Source: Auanema rhodensis
Lineage: Eukaryota > Animalia > Nematoda
NCBI GenBank assembly: GCA_964057225.1
Contig: OZ059895.1
Span: 7,626,001-7,690,000, forward strand
DNA length: 64,000 bases
Direction: 5' to 3'
The notes beneath the pieces are model-generated. The model was not told where the DNA came from and searched no databases. It was given only the letters and a program-made list of their open reading frames with translations. Shown here piece by piece: positions 1 to 13,700 of this stretch. Numbering within the stretch: the first letter of the stretch is position 1; each line of letters begins with the position of its first letter. Made by a program: the position numbers and the translations under genes.

Positions 1-127
1 AATTGATTCTTGAAAATTCTGTATAAGAGCAAAATCACAAAATATTGTTTTGTTTCGAACAAACAATAACAATTTAAACAATAATGAAAACAAATTTAAC
101 AATAGCTAACAAGAAAACAATCTCATA

Positions 128-3100
128 TTATAACAAGTTTGAAAACCATGTATCAACTTTACGGTATACTTCACTTTCAGAAAAATTAATCTGAAAATAT
201 GTGTTTATTAAATATAAAAATTACAAATAACCTGTAAGAAAAGACGTAATCCTTCTGTCAATACTTGGTTCTTTTCCGGGGAAAGCGCTGGAGTAAAAAT
301 ACGGCGCAACTTTCCTTCTGGACAGTCTTCCAATAAAACAAAAACATGTCTTATTACACTCGAAATAAAGGAGTTAATAGAACCCCATTCAACAACCTAA
401 GAAATAATAAATAATTCTGGATAATTTAAAAAAAAATTTCGAACCTTCAGAACTGTAATGGATAAAACTTCATTTCGAATCAAAATATGTAATAGAGACG
501 CCAGATGTGTTCGCTGTTTTTTGGAAAGGTTATTACATTCCCTTATTCTATCCCATAAAGCATATTGAGAGGTTATCTTAAAATTTAAAATAACCCAGTT
601 AAAAACATTACGACTTACTTTAAACTTCCGATCAAACTCGCAAAATCGAGAAATAAGTGTCGCATAATATGGGTTATATGATTTTTCTTTTAGCATCATG
701 TGGATAATTACATAAATAATCTCTCTTTCTTGTTGTCCTGGAAGAAAAAAAAGTAAATATGTAGAATTTAGCAAAAACCTTTCAATGAAAGCCTCAATAA
801 CTTCTCAAATGCTTCATCCTCTCCTGATGAAACCGCTGAAATTAAAAACATTTTATCGAAATCTTAAAAACTAAAAAAACCAATTGAACAGAATATATTT
901 TTTCGAATAACAGTATTCATTTTAGCTTTTGCAGCTAGCTCTAAAACTTCGTTGGGGAACGAAAGAGCATTAGTTATTTTCTTGTTATCTGTAGCTAAGA
1001 CAGAGTAAGAATCTGATGGCAATCTGAACGCTGAACCAACAATCCACCTAGAACAAATTCAATGTCTTAAATATTATTTTACTTAGCTACCATCTTCCTC
1101 TATCTGTAGCATGGAGCAAATCATCAACACCCATTCCTAGCTCTTGTGAAATCTCAGTTTTTTCTTCTAAGCCCAGAGGATTAATATTAATAACAACTTA
1201 GTTTTAACAAACGTTTCAATAGTCCTCGGAACATTTTATAATGAGATTCAAACATAGAATAATCAATATGTCCTGGAGCAGCTTTTTTCAAAGCAAGTAT
1301 ATTTTCTGCTATAAATTGAGCACGAGATCTAAAAAAAATAATACTAAAAACATGAAAATAAATACAATTACATTTCGACTAAAGGAGAGTTTTGATACTG
1401 AATATGAATTTGACTCAAAATTTCAGCAAATGGTACCCAACAACATCTTTTAGCAGTTTTATAAACATCTGAATATATAAAAGTTAAAAAATGGAAATAT
1501 ACTTGAAAACCATACATGAAGCAAATGTATAAATAATTTGTAAGTTATCAATATCCAAGTTATCACTTAAATTTTTAAGAATATCTATAGCAAATTCAGG
1601 TTTCACAATCTATAATTAATAAACATATCTGAAATGAAAAAAGAAACAACCTTGTAGTTTATTATGTGAGATAATGTAATAGTCTTATTTTCAACGGACT
1701 TGTCATCTTGTACTTTATCAGTTTTTATAACCTTAATATAATCGCAAACAAAATATTCAACGAAATGAGATGCTAAAATAGAAATTTAACTTATACATTT
1801 ACTAACAAATTATTTGAACATACATATCTCTGTATCCACAATTCCATGGATTAAAGCTAGAAACATTCCATATGTTGATAGCATATTATCTGGCAAACGA
1901 TATGGAGCTCCAATCATTTTCCATAATACTGTAGCCAAGCTGGATTTGACATCTATAAAAACAAATTTTTGGGGAAATAAATAAATCAGAATAACCATTT
2001 TTTGGGCTAGAGGCATAAATCTCTTGGAAGGCAACTTTACTCTTGATTAAGGTAGCTTCAGATAATCTAAATTAATTAGTAAAAACAGGAGCCATTGTCC
2101 ATAACAAATATAAATTATATATGTGAAAAACTCATACCTGTTGATTATTCCTGTAACACTTCTGTCAACTTTTCTTTTCGATTCCAAATCCAAAGACCCT
2201 TCCAATTCGACAAGTTTCTTATTAGCTGCCTTTGGATCAAATTTTATCAACTCTCCACTCTTACTAAACCTTCATGTATTGAAAAAATACAAATATTATA
2301 CTAACGTGTCAAGTCTTCTTCCATATATGTCCTCTTTTACATTTGTTATATCACCGTCATTCTCTTCCAGATCTTCGTCGTCTACATCATCGTCACAATC
2401 AGTCTACGAAAACTATTTTATGGCAGATAAAATTAAGGTACGATTACCATTAGTTCTTCATATTCTTCGTCTTCCTCACTCGAATCCATGGGAGGTTCTT
2501 CTAGATCACTGTCTTCATTGAGATCAATTAAATCTTCATTTTCAGATTCACTTTCATCCGGTTCTTCCAAATCCTCGCCTTCAAATATTACTTAAAACAA
2601 GGTTTCAGGCATTCACTTTTACCTGCCATAGCGGCCTTGGCATTCACTTCAATTAAGTCAGAACGATCTTCAGCATTACAAAACTCGAGAAGCACTGAAA
2701 ATATCAAAAAAATAATTAATCACACAAAAAAGAGCCCACTGTCTAGCCCATCATCGGTAAAAGCTTTCGGTACTTTCTTGGACTTTGGTTTCAACCCAAG
2801 AAGCTTAGAATAACGACTTATGGCTATATCATCTTCTTGGTCCTGTTCAGAACCCAAATTAGAGCTTTTCTTCTTTTCCTAATATATATTATATATAACA
2901 AACTGCCTATCATGTTTATAACTTACTGCAACGTCCTTCAAATATTGTTCATACGTCAAGCCATCATCATCAGACTCCTCTTCGAACTGTCGTTTTCTTT
3001 GTTTAGCTGCTTTTGAAAGATGAACATCATCATCCTTATCTTTTATTACAGATTTCTATATGTATGTTGATAATTTAATAACATGAAAGTTAAGAAAGCT

Positions 3101-3354
3101 ACCTGAACTTTTATATCCATAGGCTCTTGTTCTACGGGATCTTGATTTTTGCTCTTTTTCTTTTTCTTTTTCTTACTAGCACCAAGAACTTCTTTCATAA
3201 CGGTTTCTATCTTCAAAAAAGAAGAATCAATAATTTATTTTAGGTGAAGCTGTCCTACCTTTTGTCTTCGTGCATAAGCAACATTTTGTAACTTTTTGAT
3301 CTGCTTTTTCTGTTTCCTTTTTTCTTTCCTTGATACAAATGAAGAAGTCTCCAT
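128..3354 (-). CDS. NOM1: Nucleolar MIF4G/MA3 domain protein (NOM1/Sgd1), multi-exon
   Basis: Starts METSSFVSRKEKRKQKKQ (ATG 3354). Has the YSKLLGLKPKSKKVPKAFTDDGLD and DIYGR motifs, MIF4G start KVDRSVTGIINR, and MA3 region QQEREIIYVIIH..EKSYNPYY..SQYALWDRIRE. Ends VDTWFSNLL* (stop 128-130). Many short GT-AG introns. Confidence 0.9.
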
Positions 3355-4466
3355 TGTATTTTCTATAATACCTTTTTACGTGTATGTCACAACTGAGTTC
3401 TTAATATTACATGCAAAATAAAGCAACTGTAATCAACAATTTAACAAATTCAAATCGAGTATCAAGAAAAAAAAGGATATGCTATTGGCGCAATTAGCGT
3501 GCAACTGAAGGAATGCGTATCAATTCAAAAAACTGAATTGCAGCTTTAAACTAAAGATAATGCTTATATGAAGACTGTTGCATAGAAAAAGTTTTATGTA
3601 ATTGTTATAAGTATTTTCAAGTTAAATTTTACGGTTCTGTGCTTTCATAATTTTTGAGTATTTTAAGTTTTTTTCATTTCTGTAGACCAAAAGCTAGCTA
3701 TTTCATTTTAGTTAAAGACGTTGGCCTATATTAACTTATTGATTGTTATTATATCCCTAAATTGAAATGTTTTTAAAGCACGTAAAAGTAATGTAAGTCT
3801 TGAGACCAAGGATTGATTCAGCTTTCGCAGTGAACCTCTTCTACCTTCAATAAATTCAAAATCCACTGGTGGGATGCTGAATTTCATTTTAATTTCATTA
3901 TATAGATTTAAAAATAGCTCCAATGAAGATATACGATATCTCTTATTATACATATAAATATAAAGGCTGAGCAGAGAACGAGAGTAAAGTAATTCCCGTC
4001 ATTCATATAAGAGCTCTTCCATCACTCATCTCGACTTATCCAGGTGTTATCTCTTCCAACCAATCATTTAATTGTACATTTGCTTTATTTCAATATTAAG
4101 CTAAGAAATCTTATGTTAAACGATTAATTTTACAATCTCTAGCCAGCAGCTTAGTTCAAACGGACAAGAATGTTCATTTACATAGATCACATAATGATGA
4201 GAAATCAGTGTAAAAGAACTTATGAAATCATTGTTGATCAGAGATGAGAAACACAAGTGTTGACTCATCTCTTACGCATATTATATAAAGTTTAAAATAT
4301 TTGATATCTTCTCTCATATCTAACTACAGATTAAAAATAACAAAAACGAATAACAATTCAAAAAGTTTTATTGAAACGTTTTAAACAAGTATAGCAATTC
4401 TAGACCCATAAGCTAACAATCTTTTTAACAGGAACATAAATTGTATTCTTACAGGGTGTGAGAATA

Positions 4467-6062
4467 TTAACGGCTCTTTAGCTTTTTTGTAATCTTAGCC
4501 AAACTATAGATGATGCTGTTCGTCAATCCGGCTGAAAATGCATTTTTGGCAGTTTGGGTCAGCGCAGGTCTTTTGACAATATTGGCAATTCCTTGTTCTA
4601 CTGTAGTAGTTACATCGTGTCTATGAGCTAGAGAAAACAAAACCTAAATTAAAAGTTTAAATTTTTAATTAGTAGTAGAAAATGCATACTTCTTCACAAT
4701 CTTGCTGACGTCGATGTTTTTTATTCCAGTCACGTTGGATTTTGCCGAGGACAGTAGATGGCAACAGGTTCAGTCTATGATAGATAGCCGTTCCAGAAAC
4801 GTCTTGCAACACCTGACAACAAAATAATGAAATCATTGAGTGAAAAGAATGCAATACCTTGCCATTCTGCAGTACTAATCTAGCATCTTCGCTAAGCAAT
4901 GGCTCATAAACCTTTTGAAAGTCTTCATAGCTTCCGTCTACAATTTTTTTAATCTAAACATCAAATGATGTCATTGGATTAGTGAGCACAACTACCTTAT
5001 TACTATCTTCGGCAATTAGCATTCTGAAATCACCAGAGTATGATAACTTGGTAATATTTTGAAAAAGATCATAGAGTGGAAATACATCAGGTAAGAGTAG
5101 GAGTGCAGCCTACAACTACGTTTTCATAGACACTGCGATGTTACCCAATTATGAGAAGATTGTTCTTCTTTTTCTAATGAAAAAGGAGAAAGCAATAAAA
5201 AGTATTCTAGTGCTCTAATAAATGTCTTTTTGCCATCTTTTTCTTTTAAAAAAACAAGAACAAATGTGCTCATGTATAAGAAAAATGACCTGCAGCGCGC
5301 TCCGTCGATTTTGTGTAACATTTTCTGAGATTTGATCAGTAGGAGTGATCACCTGAACAGCTGATCTTACAATCATGACATAGGATTACTGAAACTACAT
5401 CAACAACTGGCTTATGAAGACGACCTGCCACGTATAGCCAATTCCAATCAAGCAAATCTTTCTTCAAACATTCTGTGCCAATAACTCCGTACTTAATTAC
5501 ACGTTTTCCAACTGCAAAGTTTCAACTTTGAGCATTGCAGTGCAAAGTTGCAAGTTTTGTGAATATAATTTGAATATTAATCCCGTTAGTTATTTAATTA
5601 GAAAATGAACTCATAAAATCGAATATATAGTCAGAGCTTATAGTATATATAAAGAATATTCATATTCATAGGTTTCATGTAAAAACACCAACCTCTAACA
5701 TTTGTGTTATAATATACATGTGCTCCTAATTTTGTTTGTATACCAGCCAAAAATTTTGCACCTGCAATCCTGTAAACTTAACTAATATCCACGAATATTA
5801 TAGTCAATATTTAAATATTTGCTTTGTATTAAACGAAGTCATCACTTCTTAAAAAAACTCACCGAACCAAACTATAATGACTTGGATTAATTTTAATATT
5901 TTCATGATGAAAGCTCAATGGGTCATTAGTGCAAATTATGAAATCAACCATCTTTTCTGCTTTTACTTCATCTTTTTGTTGAATGGCTCCAGAGCCATAT
6001 GCAAAAGCATACTCTACACTTTCCAAAGGCAAACCCGAAATTAATTCGTTACAATCGTCCAT
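4467..6062 (-). CDS. TAM41: Mitochondrial phosphatidate cytidylyltransferase (Tam41/Mmp37), multi-exon
   Basis: Motifs [62 protein letters not shown]. Ends [16 protein letters not shown]. Confidence 0.93.
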
Positions 6063-6410
6063 CTCATCTAAAAATGTTTTTATTAGTCACTTAGAAATCT
6101 GACAACAATGTTGTACGCAATATGATATGTAAGCCATATCAGAAAACGAGAAACACTGGGAAATTGCACCGGAATGCCAAATAAAAATTTAAGAATTAAA
6201 AAAAAACAAGACTAGAACAAGTCTAATATAATATGTTTTGTGTGTAAGTTTGCGTCGAAAACGCGCGGTCTGATAAAAAAAAGCTGTTCTGACGAGATCT
6301 GAGACTAGACAATAAGAATAAAGCTGGCAGATTGCAACCAACGTTGAAAGTAATAAGATATATAAGTATAATATAAACAACATTCGAGAAAAAACATAAC
6401 AAATTATCGT

Positions 6411-7694
<1,284 letters not shown>

Positions 7695-7871
7695 CTATAG
7701 TCTGAAAACATTCAAAAATCAAAAAAAATCAGGCAAAAACATGCTTTCAGAAAAAAAGATTAATGTAGAAAACAATAACGACTTAGCCAAAACGAGGTGA
7801 AAAAAAGAAAAATAATTAAACAACGCATCAAAAAATGATGTACGAAACAAAAATAATATTATATGGATAAT

Positions 7872-9179
7872 TTACGTCACAGAAGTAATGATGATCAACA
7901 ATAAGTCACCTAATTCACTCGAATATCAGAATGAGTGAATTAGAATTAAAATGAATAAGTGAAAAATTGATAAAAGTTGGTTTGAGTTTCGTTCAATAAC
8001 GGCAAATGAGATGAATCAACACTAGGTAGCGTGAACATATGGAGAGCACAGACGGAAAAGAAGACAGACATAAAACATTTTTTGTGAAAGTCATCACGGC
8101 TAATCAAAAGATCTAATGTGCAGAGAGCCATTTCATAAAAGCAGATGAGGCACCACGACGTTTATACTGGAAAGAAGGAATGCCGATGTAAAGCAGCGAG
8201 AAAATCAATGAACACAGAGATGCAATTCAGTATTTCAGACCAGCAATCGCTTACTACCAGTCAAGACCATAGAAGCTTTCATATCAAGACAGGCAAAAAC
8301 GCAATCACAGACCCGTTAACATGATTGAACACAGCTTAAACCGACCAAAAGTAAATATTCGCAATCGATACCAGCAGAGGTAGCTTGCGCAGCAATTGCA
8401 GATGCAAGAGAGGTTTTAGTTATCGAGTTATACAAACTTTAGAATCAATTCCGAAAGTCAAATTTAACTATGTTTTTTCAAGGGGGGATTATAATGATAG
8501 GTTCAATGTGACCTTTCGTAGCCGATAGAAAGAGTTTAAAAAACAAAAAATGGAGAGCAACCGAGGCAGCTGCGACCAATGTCAGATCTCATTAATGAAA
8601 ACGAAAAAGAGCTTTGATAGGAGAAGAGAAGGACCTTCAGGCATGACGATTGGAAAGGAAAGAAAACGGCTCTATAATAGAATCAGTAAGTGACGGCGGA
8701 CGACAACGTACGGGGCATGTGAGGAAAAAGATGAGTGGGCGGCCATGGCAACACGGCCCACGCGTCAGCATCGGAAAAACTGACGTGCGCTCAGCGGCAC
8801 GGCAAACACGTCAATTCCCTTTATGATTTTATTTGAGACGTATACCCACGGATGCCCTCAAGCTTTGAATGAACTTTTGAAACGTTTTTTAAGCTTTAAT
8901 TAGTAAATTGCCGCCAAAGTTGTCTTACTGAAGCGTGAAATGCGCATATTCTGACTTTCGGACGTGATCGTGCTTGCTTGATGATTGCCATCACGAGACT
9001 CAGAGGGAGAGAGGTTGAGCGTGAATCATAGAGCGTGTTGAACAAAGAGACTGATAGGAAGCAAGAGAACATACATGCATACGCGCACGGCTGGCTGGTC
9101 GTAGACTGAGCACAGAGTGGCTTGATGAAATAACCGGCTGTGTGGTTGTTGCATGAGATGCAAAGCCATTTTGCCGTCA
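7872..9179. promoter_or_regulatory. Cluster of CRE-like TGACG half-sites upstream of the EGR-family gene
   Basis: TGACG/CGTCA at about 7875, 8691, 8763, 8781, 8809 and 9175; four fall within 125 bp of a GC-richer island. An AP-1-like TGACTCA is at about 9272. Confidence 0.4.
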
Positions 9180-9447
9180 ATGTTTAATATCAATGTAGCT
9201 TGGCGTGAGTTAAACGGTCTTTTTAGGACCCGATCAACTATTTTTGATTTTACATATCTTTGTGATATGCATGACTCACGAGTAGAAAAGATTCTTTTGT
9301 ACTGTCTGCTTAATATGTAATTATTTATTCGTCCTCACGGGGTATAAGAGGCTCATTACATTAAACAAATTTTACCCTTGATTTTATTGCCGGGATAATT
9401 GGTTTTTCTTTTATACAAAACTTGTTCGTAATGCCTAGTTTGAGCGA

Positions 9448-10514
9448 ATGGAAGACATTGGAATCGTTGTTGGTATACAAGACCTCAATAGGTTTATGAT
9501 ATACAGTTTCCAAAATTGGACTTTAACCAGCGAGCTCATGAGGGTGAGCCATGTGGCGGTACTTTAACCATGGAATTTAATCGCAAAATAAAATTTTACA
9601 GCTGGGTAGTTGGGTCCAAAAACAACAGCCGAATAGTTTGTATGAGTCAATGGAACCTTTATATCCTGTAGAAGTAACTGAAGACATGATTATGGTGATT
9701 TTTTAATATGAGGATAAACAAAACCATAATTATAGGTTGAAGTTCATATTTGTAAACCACCAAAAAGCTTCATAGAACTACCCAGATTTCGCTACTTAAC
9801 AGCACAATATGAAAATTTAGCTGTTGCTCCAAATTTTGGTGTAAGTTTCATGTTAGATTTTGGGTTGTTAGTTTACCTTTTTTTCAATTGCTGTTTCTTC
9901 TATTTGGAAACTTGGAAAGTATTTTCAGACTATATTTTCCCAATTTGCTTTAGAAGATAGGAAACTATATAAAGCTGTAATTGTTTGGTATACTATTTTT
10001 TTTAAACAAGACTTATTATCGTTTTAGTCGACAAATTAAAAATGAAGAAATAGTTTCCATACCTGCTTTGGAAAAAATGAAGACATGTTGGAATATTGCC
10101 TCAATATTGGGTACTGAGGAAAATTCTAGTATAATTGAATTGCACGCCAAAAAATTAGTAAGAAACACTTGATTTCAATGAATCTCAACTATTTAATAAA
10201 TTTCTAGGAAGAAATGTACAATTTACCTTTCCCTTTTCAAGATGGCAAGGTATGCACTTTTCCAATTTTTCATTCTTTCCTTTCAATTGAAGTCTGTTCA
10301 ACGAAGAGTACCCATTTCCAATCTCGAAGATGTTCCGAAATTCCCTCAAGACGAATTAATTCAGCATTCCTTGAATGCTCTTAAATGCTCTCAGAAGGTT
10401 TGCGTTCTTAGTTGGAAAAAACAAAATGATACCTAACAGATAATGGCGGTAATTAACGAAATAGATCCCGAAGCCTACTCTTACATTAATCAGCAAGAGA
10501 AATTCTTCGACTGA
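9448..10514 (+). CDS. Uncharacterised nematode protein, multi-exon; possibly related to the DEPS-1/MUT-8/RSD-2 repeat unit
   Basis: Spliced frame: MEDIGIVVGIQDLN..VALGSWVQ..EPLYPVEVTEDMIMVEVHICKP..LAVAPNFGTIF..KLYKAVIV..KTCWNIASIL..INEIDPEAYSYINQQEKFFD*. Phases are consistent across canonical introns. Confidence 0.7.
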
Positions 10515-10760
10515 TTTCAATCGAATGACTCTCCTTTCAAAATATGAAAGCAACTCAAACACAAACATCAAGAGAAATAAAAAAGAGGATGAATCATCCA
10601 TGCATTCTATTTTAAAAACAGAAAAGCTTTAATAAATATTCAACATTTCTCAATATGATTAATAAAATCTGAATACATCAAAGATGAGAAAACAACCAAA
10701 AAATTAAAAAAAGTAACAAAAAAGTATTATTCTAAAAATACTATAAAAGAAAAAGAAAAA

Positions 10761-13700
10761 TTATCTTGACCCCAAAAAATGATTTCGACATAAAGGACAA
10801 GTTTCCTTGCCACTTGATTGGAACCACGTGTACTGAAAAAGAAAATGTGTTGTATAGATTAGACTTGGAAACTTACAAGGCAATTAGAATGGAACTTGTT
10901 CTTGCATTGTTTACATTTAGCCTGAAATAGCAATCAAACATTTGATATTGCTTATATTTTCAATACCTTTGGTAATTGATGACTAGTTGAGTGAACAATC
11001 ATCAAGCATATAGAACAGGCTTCAGTGCCTTCAACATCCTTATCCACATTGTTTCGCCAAATTAAAATTCCATCCACAACGGGACCATTCTGAAATTATA
11101 AGTATATTTTGTAGAAAGTGTGTATAGGTACCTGGAAATGTAAGAAGCTGATAAGTTGAAGAAGCCATTTCTTCGTTCTCTCACTTGGTACGACAGACTA
11201 GAACAAACTGTTTTTAACTGAAGGAGATATGAACAAAACCTTTTCTAGCTCTACATGAGCCAATCCTAGAGGATAGTTCAAAGGCAAAGTAAGAATAAGT
11301 CGCATTGTTGTTTCATCAACAATGTACTCGGCAACTACTTGTCTAGCTACAGGTATTGTCTTGATCTGAATGTATATTGGTTAAAATCCAGAGAATAATA
11401 ATAAGACAACCTTCAAACTATCATTACTAGCTTTTTTAGCTTGAGCAGAAACTTTAACGGTTCTCAATTCATCATCAATTAGATAACTAGTGAACAGCTC
11501 TTTTACATATCTGAAGAACAATTTTTAAATTTCGATATTAACAGTATCAAATAACTTGTTGACATTACTGGCAATATTTCCTGGTAGCTTGGTGTACCAT
11601 CCCCTAATGACAGCTGGCATACTTCGGAATAACCTATCGTAAAGTAAATACCACGCAAAAATTTTATGATATGATACCTATAAACAACATTATAGACTAA
11701 ATGTTTCGTTTCTACACCATTTCCATTATGAAGTGTTCGATTAATAAATTCTTCGCGATGAGAAGGCCCTAAAAATTGTTTTAGCATTCACGAATTACTT
11801 TTAAGAACCTTTTACTACAAAACTATTGCAGTAATCTAATAGTTTAGCCATGTACTCCATTACTTTCACTCCAATTGCATCGCAACAGGCTACTCGTTCT
11901 TCATTAACCTCAGCAAACGACTAGAAAATAATTTCTCATGAAATCCGCAAAATTAGCATCATACTTCTATTATAGCAAGCATAGCATCTAACGTTCCGCA
12001 TAAACTGAGTATTTCATCAGCTTTGGAGAGCATATGCAACAAAGCAATTGGAATTTTGATTTTCCGTTTTTCATTGCATATATCCTAGAACAATGTGGTT
12101 AAAACAGAAAATTATGAAAAAACTAACCTGATCATCATTCCAGCCCTTATTCTCATGTTTATACATAACTGGTGCGAGTCTATAATGAAGATAATTAAAA
12201 TGTATGAATAATGTTAATTCACTTACATTCTTAAAAGATGAATACCAGCATGCTGAAGAGCATTATTACCAGCCTGTACACACATGAGTGCAATACTAAT
12301 CAACTGCCGTTGTTTTTCTTCATATCTAAATATCTAGATTAACTTTAAATAGAAATTTTAAAGTGGCTTACCCAGCAATATCTAATTCCTCGAAATTCCA
12401 AGTTCCTGTTTTGACAGTAATATAATCAGGAACAACATAAGTTTCAACAACTGCACGGACTAATGCAAAAGTGACAAAAGACCCAATATATTGAACTAAA
12501 ATATTAATAAAAAGAATTAAAGAAAGTGAAAATTTTTTAATTTGTTTAGTTAACTTACGTTCTTGAGAATGTGATAAGAATTGATAGATTATAGGAGCTA
12601 TAGTAGGTAGATAATAATCGTTCCACTCCTATAAAAATATTTAAAAGTTAATGTAAGTTAATAAAAGGATAACATACTTTATACATGACCGATTCGGAAT
12701 TTAGCTTTTTTAAGTGATATGCACACTCGCTATATAATTCAAATACAAGTGAAATATATGCTCTTTCAAAAATATCCTCTGGGAAGACATTTTTATATTG
12801 TTCACCAAATAACTAAATATTTTCTGATCACTATAAAATAAAATAAAAACGCACTGTTAATGATGTAACTAAGCCACATAATATAAAATCTAATTCGGGA
12901 CTTTGTTCACCTGCTGATCTAAAAAGCTATCATGAAAGAAAGTTTCCTTATAATAATAGAATTACTCTTCGTTCACTTTATCCTTTATAAACTCCTTCGC
13001 GGCTAGAACAGCGCAAATATTCAAATTAATTAATTTCTCATCTTTTCTGAAAATTACAAAATTAGGAAGAAAAACATTTAATAAACCTACGAGATACTAA
13101 ATAAATCTTTCAAGGCATCACAATCTTTGCTCTCAAACAGTATAGATATATAACTTGATTTACACTTATAATAATCGCAATGATACCTGTAAAATATATT
13201 AGATTGAACACAAATAATAAAGAATATCTTTCACATTACGACAAAATGCTCTTTAGGATCAGTAGAAATATATGGAGCATGTAAGGCAAGTTTAACTTGA
13301 TTCGGCCAGCTTTTATTTATGTTTTTTTTATATTCTTCTAAAAAACCATTAGATGAGCTAAGTTTTTGTAGCTAAGTTTTTTACCTTCTAAAAATTCCCA
13401 AGGCATACTTCGTATTACCTGACATGTAGTTGGTGAATCAGGTGCTATTTCCAAAAGGTGCTGCACAGCAAGTCTAATCAAATATGGCTACAAGTTAAAT
13501 TTTAATACAATATTTCAAACTATCAATACCCATTGTTGAATAAATTCCTCCATTTTTGCCAATACCAAGTCTTCATGTTCCATTTTCATGTTGGGATGTT
13601 CCAATTTGATAAATTTCATTGCTGTATAGGTAATCACAAGAATGGTCGAAAGCAGTTTTCTTTGATCGTCGGTAATAGCTGTAGTTATTGATACATTTAC

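Noticed and set aside
3400-4450. Possible small gene or snoRNA between NOM1 and TAM41 (ORF 3726-3953, ATGATGA at about 4194, GAGATGAG/CTCATCTC hairpin at about 4241-4271)
   Set aside because: No consistent exon chain (the apparent intron is only about 27 nt), no recognisable protein, and no properly placed D box.
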